DNA from: Candidatus Bathyarchaeota archaeon
Lineage (GTDB): Archaea > Thermoproteota > Bathyarchaeia > Bathyarchaeales > Bathycorpusculaceae
Length of the DNA stretch: 64,000 bases
Reading direction: 5' to 3'
Assembly (NCBI GenBank): GCA_963702095.1
Contig: OY969706.1
Coordinates: 2,848,001-2,912,000, forward strand
The translations under genes were made by a program, and so were the position numbers. The stretch's first letter is position 1, and each line of letters begins with the position of its first letter. The notes under the pieces are model-generated. The model was not told the origin of the DNA, ran no database searches, and saw only the letters and a list, made by a program, of their open reading frames with translations. Shown here piece after piece: positions 10,417-21,844 of the stretch.

Positions 10417-12861
10417 GTGAGTCAAAAAACCGTCACCACTGAGGAATCCAAAAAAACTTCTATCCAGGACCTCTTTAAGAAGCTATCCAGCAACGAAAAG
10501 GGGCTCTCCTCCAGCGAAGCGCAGCAGAGGCTCCAAAAATACGGTGCAAACGAAATAGTTGAGAAAAAAATTAGTCCAATTAGAAAGTTCCTCGGTTACT
10601 TCTGGGGGCCCATTCCATGGATGATTGAAGCCGCAGTTGTTATGTCAGCAGTTATTCAGCATTGGCCAGACTTTGCAATCATACTGGTGCTTTTGATGTT
10701 TAATGCTGTGGTGGGTTTCTGGCAGGAACGCAAAGCAGACGACGCCATCGAATTGCTCAAGCAGAAACTTGCGCCCAACGCGAGGGTTCTGCGTGATGGC
10801 AAATGGATTCAAAAACCATCCAAGGAGCTTGTACCGGGCGATGTAGTTCGGATTCGACTCGGTGATATTGTCCCTGCGGACGCTAAACTGGTGAAAGGCG
10901 ACTATATTCAGCTGGATCAATCAGCGCTAACTGGGGAATCTTTGCCTGTGGAGAAGCATGTGGATGATGTTGCATATTCGGGGTCGATTGCACGGCAAGG
11001 CGAGATGGATGGACTCGTCGTTACCACAGGCATGAATACTTTTTTTGGAAAAACCACAAAGCTAGTTGAGGAAGCAGGCACAGTTAGTCATTTCCAGAAG
11101 GCAGTCACCAAAATAGGCGATTACCTCATTGCCCTAGCAGGGATAATAGTATTCATCATAATCGTCGTAAGCCTCTTTAGAGGTGAAAGCCTCCTATCAA
11201 CCATCCAGTTCTCTTTGGTTTTAACCGTTGCAGCCATCCCCGCCGCATTACCGGCTGTGCTCTCAGTCACCTTAGCCTTAGGCGCCATTGCACTTTCCAA
11301 AAAAGAAGCCATCGTAAGCAAACTGGTTGCCATCGAAGAAATGGCTGGCGTCGACGTTTTATGCGCTGACAAAACAGGCACCATAACAAAAAATGAGTTA
11401 ACCGTCGGCAAATTACAGCCCCTGAAAGGCTACACAGAAAAAGATGTCTTGCTTTTTGGAATTTTGGCTTCAAGAGAAGAGGACCAAGACCCCATTGACA
11501 CTGCTATAATAGAGAAGGGGAAAAAAACAGAAGACATCCAAAAGAGCTTGAAAGATTACACGGTTCAAAAGTTTACGCCCTTTGACCCTGTCAGAAAACG
11601 TGCAGACGCCGAAGTAAAAACCAACAATGCGAAAACACTTGTAGTGTCCAAAGGCGCCCCGCAAGTGATACTATCCTTAGTAGCCAACAAAGATGAAATA
11701 GCATCTCAAATTAACAAGTACGTCGACGATTTTGCTTCAAACGGTTACCGTGCCCTAGGCGTCGCCGAAAAAGACCAAAACCAATGGCACTACGTGGGTT
11801 TAATTGCCCTATACGATCCGCCACGTGAAGATTCAGCTCAAACCATAAAAACCGCCGCTTCCATGGGCGTAAGCGTAAAGATGGTTACAGGCGACCATGA
11901 GGCGATTGCTAAAGAGATTGCTAGTGAAGTGGGTTTAGGGACAAACATCCAGACGGCTTCTTCTTTTCTAGAAAAGAGTGATGTTGATGCAGAAGCCGTA
12001 ATTGAGCAGGCTGATGGCTTCGCAGAAGTTTATCCTGAACATAAATTCCACATCGTAAAGTTGCTGCAAGCCAAAAACCACATCGTGGGAATGACTGGAG
12101 ACGGCGTTAACGATGCACCGGCGCTAAAAGAAGCTGATGCGGGGATAGCTGTGGCAGGAGCAACAGACGCTGCAAAATCCGCTGCTGCCATTGTACTTAC
12201 AAAACCAGGGCTATCCGTTATTATTGATGCATTAAAGCAGAGTCGTCAGATTTTTCAGCGGATGAATAATTACTCAATATACCGAATAGCTGAGACATTT
12301 CGTGTCCTGTTCTTTATAGCTGCAACAATTTTGGCTTTCGAATTCTTCCCAGTTACCGCACTTATGATTGTGTTGCTTGCTATTCTCAATGATTTACCGA
12401 TAATAACCATCGCATACGACAATGTACGTTATTCGCGGAGTCCCGAAAAATGGAGTATGCGCGTTATTGTGGGAATGGCTACTTTGCTGGGTACTCTTGG
12501 CGTCATAGAATCCTTTGCGCTATTCTATGTTGGGTATCAAGTGTTGGCTTTGCCCCCTGCGGTTCTCCAGTCGTTTATGTACCTCAAACTTTCCGTTGCA
12601 GGGCACCTGACAGTGCTTATGGCAAGAACTAAGGGTCCGTTTTGGTCAGTGAGACCCGCTACACCCTTACTGTTAGCGGTAATCTTCACACAGTTAACTG
12701 CCACGTTGCTTACTGTTTATGGTATTCTGTTGCCTGCGATGGGGTGGGCGTTGGCGGGGCTTGTCTGGGGCGAAGCGTTGCTGGCTTTCTTAATAATCGA
12801 CCAAATAAAAGTTCGGTTCTACAAGGTGCTTGATCATAGCGGCGTAACTTGGACCCAGTAG
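10417..12861 (+). CDS. Plasma-membrane proton-efflux P-type ATPase (P3A)
   Basis: FWGPIPWMIE, TGES, DKTGT, MVTGDH, MTGDGVNDAPALK, IAYD motifs. Confidence 0.93.
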   Translation: MSQKTVTTEESKKTSIQDLFKKLSSNEKGLSSSEAQQRLQKYGANEIVEKKISPIRKFLGYFWGPIPWMIEAAVVMSAVIQHWPDFAIILVLLMFNAVVGFWQERKADDAIELLKQKLAPNARVLRDGKWIQKPSKELVPGDVVRIRLGDIVPADAKLVKGDYIQLDQSALTGESLPVEKHVDDVAYSGSIARQGEMDGLVVTTGMNTFFGKTTKLVEEAGTVSHFQKAVTKIGDYLIALAGIIVFIIIVVSLFRGESLLSTIQFSLVLTVAAIPAALPAVLSVTLALGAIALSKKEAIVSKLVAIEEMAGVDVLCADKTGTITKNELTVGKLQPLKGYTEKDVLLFGILASREEDQDPIDTAIIEKGKKTEDIQKSLKDYTVQKFTPFDPVRKRADAEVKTNNAKTLVVSKGAPQVILSLVANKDEIASQINKYVDDFASNGYRALGVAEKDQNQWHYVGLIALYDPPREDSAQTIKTAASMGVSVKMVTGDHEAIAKEIASEVGLGTNIQTASSFLEKSDVDAEAVIEQADGFAEVYPEHKFHIVKLLQAKNHIVGMTGDGVNDAPALKEADAGIAVAGATDAAKSAAAIVLTKPGLSVIIDALKQSRQIFQRMNNYSIYRIAETFRVLFFIAATILAFEFFPVTALMIVLLAILNDLPIITIAYDNVRYSRSPEKWSMRVIVGMATLLGTLGVIESFALFYVGYQVLALPPAVLQSFMYLKLSVAGHLTVLMARTKGPFWSVRPATPLLLAVIFTQLTATLLTVYGILLPAMGWALAGLVWGEALLAFLIIDQIKVRFYKVLDHSGVTWTQ

Positions 12862-12912
12862 GCGCAGGTTAAGATTAAAAACTTAAGAAGCACAATGTAC
12901 CTCTTTTTGTAT

Positions 12913-14124
12913 ATGGATATTTTGAAGGATTATTCGGGCATCACCAGTGACCATGACTTATTGAGTATCCAGCAAAAAGCCGACAAACTCTCTGGCAAAC
13001 ACATAGTCTGCATAAACTCCACCTATCAAGGAGGTGGAGTCGCTGAAATCCTAGACAGCATCGTGATTCTGCTCAACGAGTTAGGGGTAGAGGTAGGGTG
13101 GCGAATACTGCATGGCAGCCCCGACTTTTTCACCGTAACAAAAAAATTCCACAACGCCTTACAGGGAGAAAAAATCAATTTTTCCGAGCAGAAAAAAGAC
13201 GTGTACTATGACGCGAACAAGCGTTTCTCGATTTTCACCCACCTAGACGACCATGACTTAATTATGATACATGACCCCCAGCCCTTGCCGCTGATAGATT
13301 TTTACGATAAAAAGCAACCTTGGATTTTCAGATGCCACATCGATCTCACAGCACCCAACCCCGACGTTTGGAATTACCTCAAACAATTCATCGCCAAATA
13401 CGATCACTTCATAGTTTCACTGGAACAATACAAACAGAATCTCCCCGTCCCCCAGAGTGTTGTTTACCCAGCGATCGATCCGCTTTCCTCCAAAAACAAA
13501 GACGTCTCGGACCGCGACATCGACAAGTACCTGCAGAAATACGGCGTCGATAGAGACCGCCCCATCATCACGCAGGTTTCAAGGTTTGATAAGTGGAAAG
13601 ACCCTCTGGGAGTTTTAGATGTTTTCCAAATGGTTAGAAGCAAAATTGACTGCCAACTTGTCCTCTTAGGCTCCCTGGCAACCGACGACCCCGAGGGACA
13701 GAAAATATTCCAGAAAGTGGAGGAAAAAGCCAAGAAATCCCTCTACGAAAACGACATCAAACTGGTCTTGGCGGAAAACAACTTTTTAGTCAATTGCCTA
13801 CAGCGGGCGTCCTCGGTTGTGGTGCAGAAATCGCTCCGCGAAGGCTTTGGGTTGACTGTTTCAGAGGCGCTCTACAAGGGCACCCCCGTGGTAGCCTCAA
13901 ACGTAGGCGGCATCCCCCAGCAGGTAATCGACGGTTACAATGGTTTTCTGCATGACCCCAAAGACTACGGCGGCTTCAGCAAAAGCATAATAAAAATAAT
14001 AAAAGATCCCTCTTTGAGGGTGCAGTTGGGTAGAAACGGATGTGAGCATGTTAAGAAAAACTTCTTGATAACTCGGCTCATAGATGATTGGTTAACCCTC
14101 TTTGAAGGCATGCTATGCAAGTAG
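12913..14124 (+). CDS. treT: Trehalose synthase TreT-like GT4 glycosyltransferase
   Basis: NSTYQGGGVAEIL, HDPQPL, FRCHID, QVSRFDKWKDP, EGFGLTVSEA. Confidence 0.85.
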   Translation: MDILKDYSGITSDHDLLSIQQKADKLSGKHIVCINSTYQGGGVAEILDSIVILLNELGVEVGWRILHGSPDFFTVTKKFHNALQGEKINFSEQKKDVYYDANKRFSIFTHLDDHDLIMIHDPQPLPLIDFYDKKQPWIFRCHIDLTAPNPDVWNYLKQFIAKYDHFIVSLEQYKQNLPVPQSVVYPAIDPLSSKNKDVSDRDIDKYLQKYGVDRDRPIITQVSRFDKWKDPLGVLDVFQMVRSKIDCQLVLLGSLATDDPEGQKIFQKVEEKAKKSLYENDIKLVLAENNFLVNCLQRASSVVVQKSLREGFGLTVSEALYKGTPVVASNVGGIPQQVIDGYNGFLHDPKDYGGFSKSIIKIIKDPSLRVQLGRNGCEHVKKNFLITRLIDDWLTLFEGMLCK

Positions 14125-14207
14125 TGGGTGCGTGGTGCGCAAAAAAGGTTTTTAAGAGCCTAAAACTGTTTACTAAGCAAGCGTGTTTCTTGTTTGGAGG
14201 AAATGTA

Positions 14208-16673
14208 ATGAATAATTCTGAGTTAATTTTGTGGTTTGACGATGTAACAATCAAAGATGTGCCACGGGTCGGCGGCAAAAACGCTTCGCTAGGCGAAATG
14301 ATTAGGTCAATACGAAAAGAAGGCATCCGCATACCCAACGGATTTGCCACCACCGCCCAGCTCTACTGGGAACTAGTCGACAAAAACGGTTTGAGAGAAA
14401 AGATTGAACCGCTCCTGCAAGCGCTTGTCAAGGGCGAAAAACCCCTCCGAGAAGTCGGAGCCGCCATCCGACAGTTGTTCCTTAATGCAGAGTTCCCCGA
14501 AGAGATCAATCAAGCAATCACCGAGGCATACGACAAGTTATGTGAGCGTTACGGCGTAAAAGACGTGGATGTCGCGGTTAGGAGCAGCGCAACAGCCGAA
14601 GACCTTCCCAGCGCAAGCTTCGCGGGGCAACAGGAGAGCTACCTAAACATCCGTGGCAAAACGCAGCTACTGGAAGCGTGCAAAAAATGTTTCGCCTCGC
14701 TGTTCACGGACCGCGCCATAACCTACCGCACCGCGCAGGGATTTGAGCACATGAAAGTAGCGCTTTCCATCGGCATAATGAAGATGGTCCGCTCCGACAA
14801 AGCCGGTAGTGGCGTCATGTTCACACTGGATACTGAAACAGGTTTCCCCAAAACCATTATCATCAACGCAGGCTTGGGATTAGGCGAATATATCGTTAAA
14901 GGCGTAGTTAACCCCGACCGCTACGTCGTGTTTAAGCCGCCGCTTGGCGACCCCAAGATGGTTCCGATCTTGGAGAAGGCGGTTGGCACCAAAGAGAGGA
15001 AACTCGTGTACTCTGATGGCGGTGCAGACGACACAACCAAGAACGTGGAGACAACGCCAGAGGAGCGGGAAGCCTTCGTTCTATCCGATGAAGAGGTTTT
15101 GCAGTTGGCACGGTGGGGTCTGCGCATCGAGGAGCATTACAAGCGGCCCATGGATATTGAATGGGCAAAAGACGGCGAGACCAACGAGCTCTATATTGTG
15201 CAGGCGCGTCCTGAAACCGTGCAGAGCCAAGTCAAAGAATCCAGCGGCTTAATGAGCTACACCCTCAAAGAGAAGGGCAAAGAGTTGATCGAGGGCATCA
15301 GCATCGGACAAGCCATCGCCACAGGCGAAGTATGTAAGATTCTCGACGCCAAAAACATCGACCAATTCAAAAAAGGCGCCATATTGGTCACAAAGATGAC
15401 GGACCCCGACTGGGTAACCATCATGAAAGAAGCCGCCGGCATCATAACCGATTATGGCGGACGCACCTCGCATGCGGCTATTGTGAGTCGTGAACTGGGC
15501 ATTCCCGCGATTGTGGGTACGGAGCGAGCCACGGAGGTGTTGCAGCCTGACCAGGCGGTGACCATGTCCTGCGCCGAAGGAGAAACCGGGCATGTGTACG
15601 AGGGGATTTTGAAGTTTGAGAAGACCAAAGTTTCATTCGAAGGCATACCCAAAACCAAAACGGAGATCATGATGAACATGGCCAGCCCCGACGCCGCGTA
15701 CCGCTGGTGGCGGTTGCCCTGTGAAGGCATCGGCTTAGCCCGCATGGAATTCATAATCAACAACATCATAAAAATCCACCCCATGGCACTCGTCAAATTT
15801 AACACCCTAAAAGACCAAGACACCATCAGCCGCATAAACCAACTCACCAAAGGCTACCAAGACAAAACCGAGTACTTCGTCGACAACCTTGCCAAAGGAA
15901 TCGCCCGCATCGCCTCCGCACAGTATCCCTACCCCGTCATCGTACGCATGAGCGACTTCAAAACCAACGAATACGCCAACCTCATAGGTGGCAAAGACTT
16001 TGAACCCAAAGAAGACAACCCCATGCTCGGGTTTAGGGGCGCCAGCAGATACTATAGCGACCGCTACAGAGAAGGCTTCGCACTGGAATGCCGGGCGATT
16101 AAACGTGCCCGCGAACAAATCGGGTTGACCAACGTGGTGGTGATGATTCCCTTCTGCCGAACAATAGATGAAGCCCAAAAAGTCATCGCCGTGATGGCTG
16201 AAAACGGCATCGAACGCGGCAAAAACGGGTTTGAAGTCTACGTTATGGCGGAAATCCCCTCCAACATCATCTTGGCGGATAAGTTTTCGGATTTCTTCGA
16301 CGGCTTCTCCGTAGGCTCAAACGACCTGACCCAACTGGTGCTGGGCATCGACCGCGACTCCTCAGAACTTGCCTACCTCTTCGACGAACGCAACGAGGCT
16401 GTAAAAGACGCCATAAAAACACTCATCCAAACCGCCCACGCCCATATCCCACGCCGGAAAGTCGGCATCTGCGGCCAAGCCCCAAGCGACTACCCCGACT
16501 TCGCCGCTTACCTCGTCAGATTGGGCATCGACAGCATCTCAGTTAACCCCGATAGCGTCATAGAAGTCAAAAAACGCGTGGCAGAAACAGAAAAAGAGTT
16601 GCCGCAGCAAAAAGACCGCTTGGAAGCTGTGGACGTGCAGCCGCCAATCAACAGACAATACAGCGACACCTAA
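14208..16673 (+). CDS. ppsA: Phosphoenolpyruvate synthase (pyruvate, water dikinase)
   Basis: VGGKNASLGEM, AVRSSATAEDLP, GGRTSHAAIVSRELG phospho-His, NPMLGFRGA, GSNDLTQL; GGAGG upstream of ATG 14208. Confidence 0.95.
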   Translation: MNNSELILWFDDVTIKDVPRVGGKNASLGEMIRSIRKEGIRIPNGFATTAQLYWELVDKNGLREKIEPLLQALVKGEKPLREVGAAIRQLFLNAEFPEEINQAITEAYDKLCERYGVKDVDVAVRSSATAEDLPSASFAGQQESYLNIRGKTQLLEACKKCFASLFTDRAITYRTAQGFEHMKVALSIGIMKMVRSDKAGSGVMFTLDTETGFPKTIIINAGLGLGEYIVKGVVNPDRYVVFKPPLGDPKMVPILEKAVGTKERKLVYSDGGADDTTKNVETTPEEREAFVLSDEEVLQLARWGLRIEEHYKRPMDIEWAKDGETNELYIVQARPETVQSQVKESSGLMSYTLKEKGKELIEGISIGQAIATGEVCKILDAKNIDQFKKGAILVTKMTDPDWVTIMKEAAGIITDYGGRTSHAAIVSRELGIPAIVGTERATEVLQPDQAVTMSCAEGETGHVYEGILKFEKTKVSFEGIPKTKTEIMMNMASPDAAYRWWRLPCEGIGLARMEFIINNIIKIHPMALVKFNTLKDQDTISRINQLTKGYQDKTEYFVDNLAKGIARIASAQYPYPVIVRMSDFKTNEYANLIGGKDFEPKEDNPMLGFRGASRYYSDRYREGFALECRAIKRAREQIGLTNVVVMIPFCRTIDEAQKVIAVMAENGIERGKNGFEVYVMAEIPSNIILADKFSDFFDGFSVGSNDLTQLVLGIDRDSSELAYLFDERNEAVKDAIKTLIQTAHAHIPRRKVGICGQAPSDYPDFAAYLVRLGIDSISVNPDSVIEVKKRVAETEKELPQQKDRLEAVDVQPPINRQYSDT

Positions 16674-17104
16674 TCCATCGGCAACAATAGCGTTAAACGT
16701 AGTGTTGGCTGGGGGACAGGCGAATGAGCTCTCAATGGGTCCTGCTAGTGCCCGATTGCAATTCGCTGTTCACTGCTGTTTGCACTATGGCTTGTGCTGA
16801 AAACGCACTGGTTGCATATTGGTTTCCACGGGAAGCGCGCCTCTGGGTGCTTTTTTCGCCATCATATTAGGCTCCAAATATCAGATGTATGCACAAATCA
16901 GTAGAGGGAGGGTTCCTGTGCGGTGGGAAGGTGCGTTTTACGCATTTGTGTTGGCACGCAGAATCCTATATAGAGGGATAAGGTTCTTTTGGTGGAGTGA
17001 GTAGCCATTAAATGTTGGAAATTACCCGCTTTTGTAGGGGAGGGCGGTTGTGGCTGAGCAACAAGTGCTGTTTATTTGCTGAGCCTTTTTCGAGCGCAAA
17101 CGAG

Positions 17105-17285
17105 ATATGCTTTCACATCCATATCGCGGCGGCTTCAAAATGGAGCCATGCAGGCGTGTGGAGAAAAACCGATATCCCACACCAAAACAGACGCCAAAAC
17201 CATTGCAACCGCAAAAAGCAACCGTGTCCAATTCCTGTCTTGTGACAATTCTAAAACTGCCACACCCACATATAGAGAGAAACAC
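17105..17285 (+). repeat. Dispersed intergenic element, family 1, copy A
   Basis: GTGTGG-N15-CCACAC at 17156-17182 and GCCACACCCACATA at 17259-17272; aligns along its length with the reverse complement of 43207-43385. Confidence 0.85.
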
Positions 17286-17331
17286 AAAACAGTTAACTAG
17301 TAAAACAGAAAACAAAAGAAAAATGGCTCGT

Positions 17332-17574
17332 TTAAGCCAGCCATTTTAGGGGTATATCTTGGAAGGTGCCATCGGGCAACGTGCGCCGAATGGTGATTGG
17401 CAAAATGTTTGCGTCCAACTCGGATAGCGCGATGTCTATGGGGTTGGTGTTTTCTTGTGCATCTACCAAGATTGGGGCTCCCATCGAGATCTGCAGTGCG
17501 CGTGCACCGACGATTCTTGCTTTCTCGAAGCGAGTGACTTTTGGTGGTCCAACATTGATTGTTTTTTCTTGCAT
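17332..17574 (-). CDS. rpoK: DNA-directed RNA polymerase subunit Rpo6 (K)
   Basis: [28 protein letters not shown]. Confidence 0.95.
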   Translation of the reverse strand: MQEKTINVGPPKVTRFEKARIVGARALQISMGAPILVDAQENTNPIDIALSELDANILPITIRRTLPDGTFQDIPLKWLA

Positions 17575-17575
17575 A

Positions 17576-19228
17576 CTACATCATTCCGCCTGGCATACCG
17601 CCCATGCCGCCTCCCGGTGGCATCGGAGGAGCCTTCATCTTCGCAACAGAAATCACGTCATCGATCTTTAGTATCATCGCGGCTGCCTCGTTGGCTGACT
17701 TTATGATTTGCTTCTTAACCGCAAGCGGCTCGTAAACACCAAGCTTCGACATGTCCTCGACTTTACCCGAAGCAACGTTTATGCCCGCCCAAGTCTGGCC
17801 TTTCTCGTGGCTGGACCGCAACTCAGTAAGCAAGTTCACAGGGTCTAAACCAGCGTTCTCAGCCAAAGTCGTCGCAATCTCCTCGAGTGAATCCGCGAAA
17901 ACACGCACCGCCAACTGCTCACGACCCGGCAAAGTCTGCGCATACTTGCGCAGCACACCTGCCATTTCCATTTCAGGAGCAGCTCCCCCAGCGACTACAA
18001 GTGGTTCTTCGATGAGATCACGTACGACGCAGAGCGCGTCGTGGATGCTGCGTTCAGCTTCAGCGATTAAGCGTTGGTTGCCGCCGCGTATTAGGAGTGT
18101 GACGGATTTGGGGTTTTTGCATCCTTCGATATAGGTCATTTTATCGTCGCCAGTCTTGCGTTCTTCAACGAGGTCTGCTTTGCCGAGGTCCGTTGCTGTG
18201 AGGGCGTTTATGTTGCTGACGATTTTTCCGCCTGTAGCTCGAGCCAGTTTTTCCATGTCAGATTTTTTGGCACGTCGAATGGCGATTACGCTTTTTCTGG
18301 CGAGGAAGTGCTGGACCATGTCGTCGATGCCTTTTTGGCAGACCACAACGTTGGCGCCGCTGGCTAATACCTTGTCGACCATGGCTTTTAGGAGGGCTTC
18401 TTCTTCTTTTAGGAAAGCCTCGATCTGCGCGGGGTTTTCAATGTTGATTTTAGCGTCTAACTCGGGCTTTTCGTTTTCAAGTGAAGCGTCCAGTAAGGCG
18501 ATTTTGGCTTTTTCGACGCGTTTGGGCATGCCGCTGTGTACGATTTCCTTGTCTAAAACGATGCCGTTGATTAGTTGGGTGTCTGCGAGGGATTCACCGG
18601 TTTTCTTCTCAACTTTGACGTCGTCAACGTCTGCTCTGTAGCCCATGTCTGTTTTTTCTGCGACTGAGAGCATGGCTTTGACTGTGATGTCGGCTAGGAA
18701 TTCTTTGTGTTCAGAAACGATTTTGCTGCCCATTGCTGTTGAGGCGGCTTTTTTTAGGAAATCAGGTTTGGTGGGGTCTATTGGGATGGCGATTTTGTCC
18801 AGTGTAGCCAGCGCTTTTTCAGCGGCTTGCTTGTAGCCCTCAATGATTACTGTTGGGTGAACGTTTCGGTCGATCAGTTCCTCGGCGCGGCCCAGAAGTT
18901 CACCGGCGACGATGACGCTTGTGGTTGTGCCGTCGCCTGCTTCTTTGTCCTGTGTCTTGGCGACTTCAACCATCATCTTGGCGGCTGGATGCTGGATGTC
19001 CATTTCGTCAAGGATTGTTTTACCGTCGTTTGTGATTGTGACGTCTCCGAAGCCGTCGACGAGCATCTTATCCATGCCCTTTGGTCCAAGTGCGCTTCGG
19101 ACTGATTCAGCGACAACTTTGGCGGCCAAAATGTTTCCATGTTGGGCGTCTCTTCCGCGGTTGCGGTTTGAGCCTTCCCTTAAAACCATAATGGGGATTC
19201 CGCCTGCTGAAGTTGGTGATGTTGACAA
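17576..19228 (-). CDS. ths: Thermosome (group II chaperonin) subunit
   Basis: [22 protein letters not shown]-rich C-terminus. Confidence 0.96.
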   Translation of the reverse strand: MSTSPTSAGGIPIMVLREGSNRNRGRDAQHGNILAAKVVAESVRSALGPKGMDKMLVDGFGDVTITNDGKTILDEMDIQHPAAKMMVEVAKTQDKEAGDGTTTSVIVAGELLGRAEELIDRNVHPTVIIEGYKQAAEKALATLDKIAIPIDPTKPDFLKKAASTAMGSKIVSEHKEFLADITVKAMLSVAEKTDMGYRADVDDVKVEKKTGESLADTQLINGIVLDKEIVHSGMPKRVEKAKIALLDASLENEKPELDAKINIENPAQIEAFLKEEEALLKAMVDKVLASGANVVVCQKGIDDMVQHFLARKSVIAIRRAKKSDMEKLARATGGKIVSNINALTATDLGKADLVEERKTGDDKMTYIEGCKNPKSVTLLIRGGNQRLIAEAERSIHDALCVVRDLIEEPLVVAGGAAPEMEMAGVLRKYAQTLPGREQLAVRVFADSLEEIATTLAENAGLDPVNLLTELRSSHEKGQTWAGINVASGKVEDMSKLGVYEPLAVKKQIIKSANEAAAMILKIDDVISVAKMKAPPMPPGGGMGGMPGGMM

Positions 19229-19389
19229 ACCTTATAAACCTCCATTAATGCGAACAACAACATGATATGCTTAACCATATAAGTTTTTCTAGGCACGCCA
19301 CGTTGATACAGGCACAACAGAGCGGTTTTGGCAGGGTTTAGCGGCTTTTTGCGGCGAATGCAGGTTTGTGTGGCGGCAGAGGACGGCTT

Positions 19390-19600
19390 TTTGTTGCTCT
19401 CAGCGCTCTCCCCCCGTCTTCTGCGGTTTGTCTCTTTATGTGGGTGTGGCGTTTTATGGGGCCCACAAGACAGCTTATGGGGCAAGCTCCGTTTTGGGGT
19501 TGTGATGTTTTTATTTGACTATTTGGGTGTGGGATATGGGTTTTTCTCCACACACCATACATGGTTCCATGCAGGGGCGCACGGGATGTGTGTGTTTAAG
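19390..19600 (-). repeat. Dispersed intergenic element, family 1, copy B
   Basis: GTGTGG-N15-CCACAC at 19527-19553; 25-nt exact match of 19427-19451 to 43207-43231. Confidence 0.85.
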
Positions 19601-19782
19601 CATGTATCAACTAGTTTTTTAGCGTCATTTAGCGTCATCTATTGAGGCGCAGATAACCTGGTTAGCCGAATGCCGCATAAAACAGAAGGCGGTTACAACC
19701 AAAACACAAAGACCCCCAAAGAGGACCATCTTGGCAAGCAAAGACTCTATCTTGCGCTGTATTGCCCCATCTAACTGGAGGT

Positions 19783-20259
19783 TTAACGAGGTATTTGTCC
19801 GACCTTGCTATCTTTCTCCGTCACTCTTAAAGCGTACAGCTTTTTGTATAGATAGCCAATAACTATTCCAAGAGCAAGAATCCTTAGTACGTTAAACAAT
19901 AAGCCGATGAGAAAGTAACGCATAGGATCACTATTTGGCGTGAGAAAATGTGCAGGAACTTCAAGTAGGATTTCGGCAAGAATTAGGGCGATGAGACTTA
20001 ATATCACTGATTTTAGAATTGGGTTTCTTGTCGGAATCCTATTTGGAAATCGAAGCAAGAAAAAGCTGACGCCAAACCCGATAATCAAACCACCCACCAA
20101 AGCTTCAAGAAGCATTGGAAAATAAGAAATTGAAACACCCGCTCTATACTCCGCCGCAATGGGGGTGAGAGAAATTGCAAAGTTTGTTACCCCGAAGGCT
20201 AACCCCCCGGCGAGCGCCAGTACTAGCATTTTTCTCCAGATTTCTTTTGATTGGGTCAT
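19783..20259 (-). CDS. Hypothetical membrane protein (about 4 TM)
   Basis: 158-aa hydrophobic ORF with GGAGG upstream. Confidence 0.75.
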   Translation of the reverse strand: MTQSKEIWRKMLVLALAGGLAFGVTNFAISLTPIAAEYRAGVSISYFPMLLEALVGGLIIGFGVSFFLLRFPNRIPTRNPILKSVILSLIALILAEILLEVPAHFLTPNSDPMRYFLIGLLFNVLRILALGIVIGYLYKKLYALRVTEKDSKVGQIPR

Positions 20260-20289
20260 CTTTTTCCTCCCTTTTCTAATTTAGCCCTT

Positions 20290-20990
20290 CTATTTCTGTT
20301 CCTTAACAGCCATAATCAAAAGCCACAGCATAAGAGCAATTTCGGCAATGAAGCTAATCACATTTCCCGGATAAGCTAACGTCGGGTAGTCGGGGAGAAG
20401 GAAACCCTGCAAAAACCAACTCATATTACCGAAGAAATCAAGAATCAACAATATGCCCAAAAATTTAGGAAGGAAGCCGGATTTGTAAACTAAGTAGCCA
20501 AGGGGAAGTAACCACGCGCTAAAGAATATCTGGGCGATTAGAAACCCGTTTGTGTATAAATTGAGAGATGCCATTGCCATGGCTTGCAGTTGACCTGTTT
20601 GAAATACGTTTAAGTAATTAGCTCCGCTCAAAAACTGAACGGCAGCAAATAGATTTAGCGCATTAATACACTCTACAGCGACACCGCCCAAGTTTAGTAG
20701 CAGGAAAAGCAGAGCTAGGTTTTTGTTAACTGGTTTTAACAACAAATATAGAGCCCATGCCGCCAGAAGGAAAAACACTGCAGATACTAGCTCGGTTACA
20801 AAACCAACCCTGAATAGCTCCGGAGAAGCTACAATATTACTAGCTCGTCGCCGCTGCATCCCCATCTACAATAAATGTTCCACGAACATATGAGGCTAAG
20901 ACAGTTGTTAATATGAAAATGAGGTAGAAAAAACCCGCCATTCTTGCGGTCCTGCGTGGCGTTTGATCTGCGATTTGTTGTGTCGTTTCA
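20290..20990 (-). pseudogene. DUF4386-family membrane protein, +1 frameshift at about 20845 (possibly a sequencing error); start approximate
   Basis: Upstream frame TARMAGFFYLIFI..IVDGDAAAT joins ASNIVASPELFR if one base is removed. Confidence 0.7.
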
Positions 20991-21213
20991 ATTCCTCTGA
21001 TTAGCGTTTTTTGTTAATCGGGTTATTACGCATTTAAGCTTATGTGTCAAATATATTATCGTAGGTTGTTATTGGCTCGTTTTTTTAACAGAACTGCGAT
21101 TAGATACACGCTTGATGTAGTCGTCAGCGCATGGTTTGGCTGTAGACCTGAAACAGTTAGCGGAGACAATTTATTGATAGTTTTTTTAAGCAAGTTATAC
21201 CTTCAGATCTAAC

Positions 21214-21378
21214 TGTGGCGAGAAAAAAGCTAAAGACAAAGTAGCAAAAAAACGTTGTGAGACTCCAAAAAAGCAGATCAGCTTTCTTGATTTAGTAGGG
21301 AGCGGTGCAGGCGAAGCCTCCGTTGAAGAAGTAAATAAGATGCTGGATGAAATGAGAGCTGAAAAGGCGATTAATTAG
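21214..21378 (+). pseudogene. Possible antitoxin C-terminal remnant
   Basis: Open frame ..KKQISFLDLVGSGAGEASVEEVNKMLDEMRAEKAIN* without a clear start codon. Confidence 0.3.
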
Positions 21379-21844
21379 CCCTTTTCTGTTCTGCTTGCGC
21401 CAGTGTTTTTGTGATTTGCTTCCAATGTGCTCCTTGCCAGTAGATTTGTCCGCAGTTGGGGCACCGCCAAAACTGGTCGTAGTATGTGTAGGTGTTGGGC
21501 TTTAGCTGGTCTTTTAATTCTTCTTTTGTGGCTGCTTTGATGGGGGTGTTGCAGATGGGGCAATACGCCTTATCCATGTCAATCTCCAATACCAGCCCGA
21601 ACCGCCGTGTAACCTCCGCCAATCGATCCGACTCGGTTTTGCCCTCAACAAAAAACGCCTCCAGTCCCCGTGTGATGGCGCGTTTGTAGAGTTCAAGATC
21701 CCTCGTCAACAGCGCACGCTCTTCCGCCTTCGCCAAACGTAGAAGCTCATCATCGACCAACTTTACCGAATAAACAACGTCGTGTCCCATCATGCGTAGC
21801 CAACGCGCCAGCTTCCCCAGCATGGCATCAGCTAAAAACTTCAA
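21371..21844 (-). CDS. Mut7-C RNase (PIN-like plus Zn ribbon)
   Basis: FLADAMLGKLARWLRMMG, LLTRD, CPICN, CPNCGQIYWQGAHW. Confidence 0.9.
   Translation of the reverse strand: MKFLADAMLGKLARWLRMMGHDVVYSVKLVDDELLRLAKAEERALLTRDLELYKRAITRGLEAFFVEGKTESDRLAEVTRRFGLVLEIDMDKAYCPICNTPIKAATKEELKDQLKPNTYTYYDQFWRCPNCGQIYWQGAHWKQITKTLAQAEQKRAN

Noticed and set aside
17157-17165. DnaA-box-like TGTGGAGAA or a replication origin in family 1
   Set aside because: Archaeal host, the motif is altered in copy C, and no ORB consensus or cdc6/orc1 gene is seen.
17012-17349. Short ORFs over the repeat copies (also 19338-19562, 43109-43408, 48615-48836, 31104-31343)
   Set aside because: Peptide similarity follows DNA similarity, and frames and stops differ between copies.
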